Shown here: piece by piece, positions 23,534-30,644 of the stretch | Position numbering within the stretch: position 1 is the first letter of the stretch | Layout of the letters: each line of letters starts with the position of its first letter | Source of the DNA: Nitrospira sp. | GTDB taxonomy: Bacteria > Nitrospirota > Nitrospiria > Nitrospirales > Nitrospiraceae | Assembly (NCBI GenBank): GCA_965247795.1 | Contig: OZ252033.1 | Span: forward strand, 786,486-818,485 | Direction: 5' to 3' | Length of the DNA: 32,000 nucleotides | Notes under the pieces: model-generated | Databases searched by the model: none | Told to the model about the DNA's origin: nothing | Seen by the model: the letters and a program-made list of their open reading frames with translations, nothing else | Program-made: the position numbers and the translations under genes

Positions 23534-24970
23534 CTAGAAGTACGTCGCCGCCTGCACCAGGAATCCATTGCCATTGATGGGGCTTCCGCTGGATCCAAGA
23601 TCTGCAGAAGCGACAAGGCCCGTCGCATTTTTCTGGGTATTGAACTGCCAGTCAAACTTCAACACGGTGTCTTCAATCGGTCTGAAGTTGATACCGAGCG
23701 TCAGGCGTTCCAACTCCCGACGATTCCCTCCCCCGGCAAGACCACGGGTACGGTCGTCGGTATCCGTGTCCACTTGCCCCCAGCGCACGACGGCAGTGAA
23801 AGTCGAGGCATCAGAGAAATGACTCGGGGCCAGGTTCTTGAGGAACTCAGGCATGAAGTGATAATTTCCTTGTAGGTAATAGCCTTGCATGCCTGCGGGG
23901 CCAGTCCCATTGTTGCTAATTCTCGACCAGGCCGCTTCTCCAATGATCTCAAAGGGGCCGCGCTGGAACGTCCAATCTACCGCAAAAATGTCAAGGTAGC
24001 TGCTGCCCATAGTGGCCGTCGCATTCCGGTACAGTCCGTGGTAGGCCGACCCGGCCACTTCAATGCCCAACCTGGGGCTGAAGGCGACCCGACCGACGAC
24101 GGCTTTACTATCATTGCGGTCCCGGGACACGCTTCCGCGCGCGCTGCGTACGCCTAAATCCGTGATATCGCCGGCCGTTGAGCTCACGCCGTTGACGGCG
24201 TAGATTTCATAGTCGAGTTTTGAAAGAGCGGTTGGGTAGAGGGTGCCGTAGAGGCCGGCGCCCGATTCGAACCAGGTGCTGGGGATGATGACCCGGGACA
24301 CCATGGGCCGATCGACCAGATCGTTGAGCGGAGAATCGTGGAGTAAGTTAAACTTGCCGACTGGCATCAGGAGGATACCGGCGCGCAAGTTGATCGGCTC
24401 GGTAATCAGATAGTCCAATTGAGCGAACTCGATTTTGATGGAGCCATCTCCACTCTCTGGGGCATCCGTCCCCCCCCGCTCGATCTCAATTTCGGTGGCG
24501 AACTTCACGCGGTTGGTAATAGCCGCATAGATAAAGGGCACCAGTCTCTGCTGTCCGAATGACTGGCGGCTTGGATTGTCCAGGTTTCGGCGAGACAGGT
24601 GGTTGTACATCACGTCGACATAGCCACCGAGTGTGGCTTTTGGCGCGCTCAAGAACGGCTTGGCGTAGATCAGTTTTCCAGACCCGGTCGTGCCGAATCC
24701 GAGGGGGATGCGTTCCTCACCCTTCCGTTCGACTGAAATGTCCTTCATATCGCCAGTCGGGGTCGGGTATTGGACGGCGTCCGGCTGACCTTCTTGCTGT
24801 TCCATGGTTCGCTCCATAGAGCGCTCGCGCCGCTCAAGCTCCTGCATCCGCTTGTTGACTGCCTCGTCGACTAGCTTCTTAATGTCCTCCGGGGTCATGT
24901 TTTCCGCCAAAACTGGCATAACCGACAAACTGGCGATCACGAGAACCCCGAGGATTGACTGGATCTTCAT
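23534..24970 (-). CDS. Outer-membrane beta-barrel protein (porin-like) with an N-terminal coiled-coil segment
   Basis: The start is set at ATG 24970, after GGAGG. The signal peptide ends PVLA|EN, followed by a charged helical stretch (EDIKKLVDEAVNKRMQELERRERSMERTMEQQ). Alternating amphipathic beta pattern follows, ending ...LVQAATYF (terminal aromatic OMP signature). Confidence 0.7.
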   Translation of the reverse strand: MKIQSILGVLVIASLSVMPVLAENMTPEDIKKLVDEAVNKRMQELERRERSMERTMEQQEGQPDAVQYPTPTGDMKDISVERKGEERIPLGFGTTGSGKLIYAKPFLSAPKATLGGYVDVMYNHLSRRNLDNPSRQSFGQQRLVPFIYAAITNRVKFATEIEIERGGTDAPESGDGSIKIEFAQLDYLITEPINLRAGILLMPVGKFNLLHDSPLNDLVDRPMVSRVIIPSTWFESGAGLYGTLYPTALSKLDYEIYAVNGVSSTAGDITDLGVRSARGSVSRDRNDSKAVVGRVAFSPRLGIEVAGSAYHGLYRNATATMGSSYLDIFAVDWTFQRGPFEIIGEAAWSRISNNGTGPAGMQGYYLQGNYHFMPEFLKNLAPSHFSDASTFTAVVRWGQVDTDTDDRTRGLAGGGNRRELERLTLGINFRPIEDTVLKFDWQFNTQKNATGLVASADLGSSGSPINGNGFLVQAATYF

Positions 24971-25322
24971 CGGTAACCTCCGTGGTGAGTACGGGTGTGG
25001 TCTGACTCGGGACTCGGTGGTCTCTGGTCTCGTAGTGCAGGTGCAATTCGGATAAAATGACTGAGTTGCGATCCGGGATAGACCTCCTTTCATGAATCGA
25101 TCCATGATGCGACACGGCTCCATCCTTCAAGAGCGGAGAAAGGGATCATGACAATAGCGTTTGCAGCGCGTGCACTTGAGTTCAAACCCTTCCCCAACGA
25201 CTTTGGCGATCAATTGCCCACACTCGCCTCGAGGTTCACTGCGTTGGCTGCAACCCGACTGGCTGGATTTTGAGGCGACCAAAGTGGCGTCGGAGTTGCG
25301 ACGGACAGCCTTGCAAATGAAA

Positions 25323-25350
25323 TTGAGAACGATTATTAATATCTTATATT
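25323..25350 (+). promoter_or_regulatory. Sigma70 promoter candidate for the lipoprotein-apbE operon
   Basis: TTGAGA (25323-25328), a 16-nt spacer and TATATT (25345-25350) lie in the AT-rich divergent intergenic region. Confidence 0.45.
25325..25343. promoter_or_regulatory. Fur-box-like operator overlapping the promoter
   Basis: gagaacgattattaatatc matches the 19-bp Fur consensus GATAATGATAATCATTATC at 14 of 19 positions (my count). It spans the -35 hexamer and the spacer. Confidence 0.35.
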
Positions 25351-25441
25351 ATTATATGGATCTATTGTCAAGAGGGCTGTTCCTGACTTGATAAAAGATG
25401 GGTCGAGTGCATTCCAGAACACAGTACCCTATAATTTCCCC

Positions 25442-26062
25442 ATGGTGAGAGCCAGTAACACGCATGTCTGGTTGGGAAGTGTCATCGGAGGACTTGCCTT
25501 GAGTCTGTGGGGGTGTGCAGCGGACCTTCCCCCAATGGTAGAGGACACTCAAGTTGCCGAAGGCGTGGTGGTGGGGAGGGCCCTGGCGGTCCTTACTGGT
25601 GAAACGCGCCGGTGGTATGAACCGGAAATACGGTTTTTCGAGTTTGAAGATCTACAGACTCACGAGCGTTTCAAAGTGGAGATGAAGTCCGATGATCGAT
25701 ACTTTGTGGTCGCGCTGCTGTCTGGAGAATATCGGCTCAACAGGGTACAAATCAGTGAGGGGCCGTTCATGTCCATGGCGCAACTGGCCATGGATTTTTC
25801 AGTCAGGAATAGTCCCGTCACCTATCTGGGCACATGGCGCTTTGGAGTAGACTCGCCGCGCTATGGACGGATGGTCGTTGTGTCGATGATGCTTGATCAA
25901 GGCGAGACGGAGCAGGCGCTTGAGTTTCTCACGAAACGGTATCCCTCTATCGGCAAGCCGACTATGGTAGAAATGCTCCCGCAACCGTCCCAAATGGAAG
26001 CTCGGTTATACGAAGTCATGCCCTATCCACGTTACAAGTACTTTCGTCGACATCACTGGTAG
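25442..26062 (+). CDS. Hypothetical lipoprotein
   Basis: The start is set at ATG 25442 (MVRASNTHVWLGSVIGGLALSLWGC, lipobox-like LWGC). The ORF-track start at 25388 is a TTG and adds 18 non-signal residues. I recognise no family. Confidence 0.6.
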   Translation: MVRASNTHVWLGSVIGGLALSLWGCAADLPPMVEDTQVAEGVVVGRALAVLTGETRRWYEPEIRFFEFEDLQTHERFKVEMKSDDRYFVVALLSGEYRLNRVQISEGPFMSMAQLAMDFSVRNSPVTYLGTWRFGVDSPRYGRMVVVSMMLDQGETEQALEFLTKRYPSIGKPTMVEMLPQPSQMEARLYEVMPYPRYKYFRRHHW

Positions 26063-26077
26063 GGATCAGCGACAGTC

Positions 26078-27103
26078 ATGAACTCACGAAGCTCGCAGTC
26101 AACTCTTGTCACCGCGATTAGTCTACTCGTTGCGCTTCTGGCTGGCTGTGTGGGTGTGCAATCCGGCCCTAAGCCTGTTGTCGTCAAGCGAACCCAGCTG
26201 CACATGGGGACGCTCGTTTCAATTATGGTGGTGGCCTCGACCGAGGCCATCGTACAGTCGGCGATCACGGCTGGATTCGCTGAAATCAAACGGTTGGAGC
26301 AGTTGCTCAGTACCTGGATTCCAACGAGCGAATTGTCCAGGGTCAATCTCGCTGCGGGACAGCAGCCTGTGGGCGTGAGCCGAGAGACGTTGGAACTCGT
26401 CAGCCGATCATTGGAGATGGCGAAAATCACAGAGGGTGGGTTCAACATTGCCGTCGGTCCAGCCGTGGAAGCCTGGAGTGTCACCGAGCAGCGGCGAATT
26501 CCAAGCGCGGGCGAGCTTGACCGGCTACGCCCTCTAGTCGACTGGACGGCAATTCAGTTTGATATGGCGGCGGGAACGATCTTTCTTCCAAAGTCAGGCA
26601 TGCGCATTGATATCGATGGAATCGGGAAGGGCTATGCGGCCGACATGGTCGTCGAGATTCTCCGGAAAGAAGGTGCGCGCGGAGGAGTTGTGGCGCTCTC
26701 CGGTGACATTAGGACCTTCGGTGACTTGCCCGGTATGACAGGGTTCCCGGTAGGGATTCGACATCCGCGGCGGGAGGGTGCGCTAGTGGCGACGATTGAC
26801 CTCCGGAATGAAGCCATCTCGACGGCCGGCGATTATGAGCGCTACTTTGAAGAGGGCGGGATTCGTTATCATCACATCCTCGATCCGATTTCGTTAGCGC
26901 CGGCGCGCAAATGCCAGAGCGTAACGGTGATCGCCAAGGAGGGGACGGTGGCAGATGGTCTCGACACCGGGATTTTCGTTCTGGGCCCTGAGAGAGGCAT
27001 GGCGTTGGTCGAGCGACTGCCAGATATAGAGGCGGTTATCATTGATGACCAAGGGAAGGTGATGGTGTCGTCAGGGCTTCGGCCTCGATTGCGTTACCCA
27101 TGA
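26078..27103 (+). CDS. apbE: FAD:protein FMN transferase ApbE (lipoprotein)
   Basis: Lipobox LLAGC. ApbE hallmarks are present: HMGT.VSI, SEL.R.N, AVGP..E.W, IDIDGIGKGYAAD, AISTAGDYERYFE..G.RYHHILDP, VTVIA...T.ADGLDT..FVLG. Confidence 0.93.
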   Translation: MNSRSSQSTLVTAISLLVALLAGCVGVQSGPKPVVVKRTQLHMGTLVSIMVVASTEAIVQSAITAGFAEIKRLEQLLSTWIPTSELSRVNLAAGQQPVGVSRETLELVSRSLEMAKITEGGFNIAVGPAVEAWSVTEQRRIPSAGELDRLRPLVDWTAIQFDMAAGTIFLPKSGMRIDIDGIGKGYAADMVVEILRKEGARGGVVALSGDIRTFGDLPGMTGFPVGIRHPRREGALVATIDLRNEAISTAGDYERYFEEGGIRYHHILDPISLAPARKCQSVTVIAKEGTVADGLDTGIFVLGPERGMALVERLPDIEAVIIDDQGKVMVSSGLRPRLRYP

Positions 27104-27182
27104 GACAGAGGGTTCTCGTGCGAGGGTGCTCATGTACCTGCATGGATTGAGTATGGGTGGATGAATCTCCCGCAATTGTCTC

Positions 27183-27503
27183 GTGCTGGCATTTGGAGTG
27201 TGTGCCTGCAGCGAATTCGAAACAAGGTATTTTCAAGACAAGGTCAACCAAGTTACGCAAGGAGCTGTGGCACGTCGGTATGGGGACCCACACAAGCTCG
27301 ACAAGTTGCCGGATGGGCGGTCAGTCTGGACCTACTTCGATCGGGGGAGTGGCACGAGTGGCTATAGCGGCTATGCGCGCGCGTCCTACTGTCGGGCCTA
27401 TGTCATGACGTTTGATCAGGCCGAGGTGCTACAGGATTGGAAGCAGCAGGATTGTGCGACTCGTCCCGCGACAATTACTGAACCGTTTTTAAATCGTAAA
27501 TGA
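27183..27503 (+). CDS. Small hypothetical protein, possibly a BamE/SmpA-like lipoprotein (start uncertain)
   Basis: A GTG-initiated ORF. The segment AVARRYGDPHKLDKLPDGRSVWTYFD resembles the SmpA/OmlA pattern. The hydrophobic N-terminus LAFGVCAC is too short for a normal signal peptide because an in-frame TGA at 27162 blocks extension. The 3' end overlaps tonB convergently by 29 nt. Confidence 0.35.
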   Translation: MLAFGVCACSEFETRYFQDKVNQVTQGAVARRYGDPHKLDKLPDGRSVWTYFDRGSGTSGYSGYARASYCRAYVMTFDQAEVLQDWKQQDCATRPATITEPFLNRK

Positions 27504-28602
27504 TCGAAAACTTCACCGGTATCTGGGGGCGTGCCAACGGACGAGAGAGCTTGATGGGCGGTCCTTTTTTTACATCTTCTACGGCGACTTGATCGAGCAT
27601 CGTGTTGCCGGAACTCTTGCCCACGCGCACGTCTCTCACCACTCCATCCTCGTGGAGCAACGCCATCAGCGTGACCTTCCCCTGAATCCCTTCAGATCGC
27701 AACATTGCAGGATAGCGTTTATCGAGATCCTCGATCCAATGCGCCATGAGCTCTGAGAGCCATCCGTAATCGACTTTGGCAGGCTTGGGTTGGCCAGCGG
27801 GAGTGAGAGCGGCCACTTGTGGCTCAGTCACGGGGGCTGGCGGCTGATGTACCGGTGTCTTACTGTGTGTGGCTGCCGAATCATCATGAACAGGGGGTAT
27901 TAGCTCAGTGAGCAGAGTCGATGTTCGCTGTGGAAGGGGCTCAAATGTTTGTGAAGGTACAGCCGGTGTAGCGGGTGTGGGATCGTGTGGGGGCGAGGCC
28001 ATAGGTGTATCAACCGCCTGGAGTGCAGTCGTCGTCTGAGCACGTTGCGACGATGTAACACTGGGAGGTGTAGGCGACGGGACTGGATCGGGCTGTTGTA
28101 TCACCTGGTCTGTCTTTGCGATGGGCGCAGGAGGAGAAGTTTGCTCACGAGCAGGTTGATGATCCGATTCTGGCTTTGATAAAATAGGTTGAGTGGGGGC
28201 GAGTTTTGCGATCGGTGGCGGTGGGGGCACTGGCTTTTCTACGACAGGAGCGACGGGAGCTGGGGGTGGGATTGCCGGTGTCTCAACTCTCGGTTGGGAA
28301 GGGTCTGCCACAGGATGAGCAGTCGCTGTGGGCGGATCGGACTGCTGGAGTGTCGGAGCCGGGACGGTTTTCACCCGAGCTGGCGATCCGGAGGCTTCAG
28401 GAGTCGAGGGAGCGGCTATCGGCGATGGCGTGACCATCGCCACTTGCCAAGTGAACGGTTCTGCTTGCGGAGCCAACTGCAGGTGCTGCACGAAGAGGAT
28501 GGCGGTGAAGGCCAGGCTGCCATGCAGCAGACAAGCCACAAGCCATCCTATTGCTCTTGGGCCAGTTCTATCGATGCGATGGGGAATTGAATCGATAATC
28601 AC
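27475..28602 (-). CDS. tonB: TonB-family energy transducer with a very long Pro-rich spacer
   Basis: N-terminal TM helix with His (WLVACLLHGSLAFTAILF), a roughly 200-residue P/T/A/Q-rich linker and a TonB C-terminal domain (YPAMLRSEGIQGKVTLMALLHEDGVVRDVRVGKSSGNTMLDQVAVEDVKK). The GTG start overlaps the exbD stop (GTGA). Confidence 0.85.
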   Translation of the reverse strand: MIIDSIPHRIDRTGPRAIGWLVACLLHGSLAFTAILFVQHLQLAPQAEPFTWQVAMVTPSPIAAPSTPEASGSPARVKTVPAPTLQQSDPPTATAHPVADPSQPRVETPAIPPPAPVAPVVEKPVPPPPPIAKLAPTQPILSKPESDHQPAREQTSPPAPIAKTDQVIQQPDPVPSPTPPSVTSSQRAQTTTALQAVDTPMASPPHDPTPATPAVPSQTFEPLPQRTSTLLTELIPPVHDDSAATHSKTPVHQPPAPVTEPQVAALTPAGQPKPAKVDYGWLSELMAHWIEDLDKRYPAMLRSEGIQGKVTLMALLHEDGVVRDVRVGKSSGNTMLDQVAVEDVKKGPPIKLSRPLARPQIPVKFSIIYDLKTVQ

Positions 28603-28973
28603 CGTCGAATGACCTCGAGACTGATTTGTTGAAATCCCAGGCCGTGAATTTCGTCAACCACAGCCACGAATTTCTCCAGCGACGTCACTTTATCTGCACG
28701 GACGACGACGGCTGACGCGCGAGGCTGCGTGGTGAGTGCTGACGGGAGACCACCTTCAGGGATCGGTTTGTCATTGAGAAACAGACCGCCCTTCGGCGTC
28801 AGTGTAATGACGATGGGCACATCTTTTCGATCGCCGACGGCCTTGGCCTTGGCCAAGTTCACGGGAATCTGGCCCGTGCTGATGAATGTGGCGGTGGTCA
28901 ACACGATGACGAGCAAGACCAGCATGACATCCACGAGCGGGATGACGTTGATCTGATCAATGTCCTGATCCAT
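28599..28973 (-). CDS. exbD: ExbD/TolR biopolymer transport protein
   Basis: INVIPLVDVMLVLLVIVL TM signature and a periplasmic domain of typical length. It sits between exbB and tonB. Confidence 0.9.
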   Translation of the reverse strand: MDQDIDQINVIPLVDVMLVLLVIVLTTATFISTGQIPVNLAKAKAVGDRKDVPIVITLTPKGGLFLNDKPIPEGGLPSALTTQPRASAVVVRADKVTSLEKFVAVVDEIHGLGFQQISLEVIRR

Positions 28974-29388
28974 GCTGCGCCTTGTATTGGGTCAGGAGTT
29001 CGGTCACGCGACGACGAAGCACGTTGTTCATGACGACACAGGGAATGGCCACCAGAAGGCCGACGACCGTGGCCTTCAATGCCAGGCTCAAGCCGATCAT
29101 GATGGTGTTGACGCCCATCGTGCCAGACGTGCCCATCGTATGAAACGTCAACATGATACCAAGGACGGTCCCCAGGAGGCCAATGTAGGGAGCGTTGACG
29201 GCCACGGTTCCGATGATGACGAGACGTTTGGTGAGGGTGATTTCCAGCAGCAGCACATTGGAGAACTGAGATAGCTTCACCCGCCGGAAGAAGAACCAGC
29301 GTTCGACTGCGACAGCCACCGACCACAGGCTCATGGCCAGTAAGAGCCCGATTATTCCGTAATCTATGGCGTGCTGCAACGAGTCCAT
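28957..29388 (-). CDS. exbB: ExbB (MotA/TolQ/ExbB proton-channel family, short form)
   Basis: Three TM helices with the APYIGLLGTVLGI and ALKATVVGLLVAIP motifs. AAGGAG Shine-Dalgarno upstream. Confidence 0.85.
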   Translation of the reverse strand: MDSLQHAIDYGIIGLLLAMSLWSVAVAVERWFFFRRVKLSQFSNVLLLEITLTKRLVIIGTVAVNAPYIGLLGTVLGIMLTFHTMGTSGTMGVNTIMIGLSLALKATVVGLLVAIPCVVMNNVLRRRVTELLTQYKAQHGSGH

Positions 29389-29511
29389 CGCGACTCCTTA
29401 TGGCCGGTAGGTGGGACCCGAACTGGCGGGGTGGGAGCTGTTACACTGGTCCATCAATGCCAGATTACGGGGAAGCCTGTCAATCAGCGTGCACATGGGG
29501 AGCACGCCCCT

Positions 29512-30636
29512 CTATCGGGACAGTTGGTCAGCTCGAAAGAGCACGGTATGCGTCGCGGAAACACGGAGTTCAACCGCTGTGCCGTCCTGGTAGACGCTGG
29601 TCGAGCTTTCGCTACTATGCACGATTTGGCCGGAAGGGAGCTGGACCGTATAGAGATTCTCCGAGCCCCGGAACTGCCGAGCCACGATCCGAGATCCGGT
29701 CGACTTGATCGGCATGAGGTGAACATCGTCAGGGCGGATCATCACGACCACCGGGGCCCCCTCTTCACTGCTCAGTGTGTTAGGAAACTCCCCCAGTTCA
29801 GTGTGGACCATGCCCTGTTGGATCCGCCCAGTAATAAAGTCGGCCTGCCCGACGAAGTCGGCGACGAATGGAGTCGAGGGGACGTGGTAGATCATCTCCG
29901 GCGAATCCATCTGTTCAAGCACACCTTGGTTTAACACGGCGATCCGGTCAGCCATGGCAAAGGCTTCGTCGTGATCGTGTGTGACCAAGATGGTCGTCGT
30001 TTTCATCCGGCGCAAGAGCGCATGGAGTTCATGCCGCATGCGACCGGCCATATCAGGGTCAAGATTGCTGAATGGTTCATCCAGCAAGAGCATGACCGGA
30101 TTCTGCACCAATGCCCGTGAGAGCGCCACACGCTGCTGCTGTCCGCCGGACAATTCATGCGGGTAGCGCCGCTCGAATCCTTCCAGGCCGGTGAGTCGCA
30201 GCATCTCTTGGACCTGACATTTCCTCTCAGCCCGTGACAGGTGGCGGAGTCCAAAAGCAATATTGTCCGCGACGTGCAGATGGGGGAACAGGGCGTATTC
30301 TTGGAAGACCATGCCGACGCGCCGTTCTTCAGTTGGAATTGTTTTGGAGGAAGAAGAGACGCGTCGGCCTGACAGAAAAATCTCTCCGGACTGCACCGGC
30401 TCGAAGCCCGCGATCGCCCGCAGAATGGTGGTCTTACCGCAGCCAGATGGGCCGAGCAGACAGAGAATTTCCCCTTCTTGTACCGAAAATGAAATATCAC
30501 GGATAGCCAAACGGTGTGGATCGTAGGCACACGACACCGAGCGAAGTTCCAAGATTGAAGACTCCGGCGTGTAGAGATTGACCTGACCTTGGAGCCGGTC
30601 AGTTTCCACGGGGGTCATGTGTGATTCTATGGCCAT
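29512..30636 (-). CDS. ABC transporter ATP-binding protein, Fe(3+)/polyamine importer type with a C-terminal TOBE-like domain (FbpC-like)
   Basis: Walker A GPSGCGKTT, Q-loop, signature LSGGQQQRVALSRAL, Walker B MLLLDEPFSNLD, H-loop VTHD and a ~130-aa C-terminal extension. The start is taken at ATG 30636, 9 nt after the permease stop; TTG 30660 is the ORF-track alternative. Confidence 0.9.
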   Translation of the reverse strand: MAIESHMTPVETDRLQGQVNLYTPESSILELRSVSCAYDPHRLAIRDISFSVQEGEILCLLGPSGCGKTTILRAIAGFEPVQSGEIFLSGRRVSSSSKTIPTEERRVGMVFQEYALFPHLHVADNIAFGLRHLSRAERKCQVQEMLRLTGLEGFERRYPHELSGGQQQRVALSRALVQNPVMLLLDEPFSNLDPDMAGRMRHELHALLRRMKTTTILVTHDHDEAFAMADRIAVLNQGVLEQMDSPEMIYHVPSTPFVADFVGQADFITGRIQQGMVHTELGEFPNTLSSEEGAPVVVMIRPDDVHLMPIKSTGSRIVARQFRGSENLYTVQLPSGQIVHSSESSTSVYQDGTAVELRVSATHTVLFRADQLSR

Positions 30637-30644
30637 CGGTGTTC

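Noticed and set aside
27161-27367. 68-aa + strand ORF (MNLPQLSRAGIW...) overlapping the 27183 ORF in another frame
   Set aside because: It is shorter and featureless. It is kept in mind only because a frameshift joining its ATG to the 27183 frame would create a normal lipoprotein signal, and the sequence provides no evidence for that.
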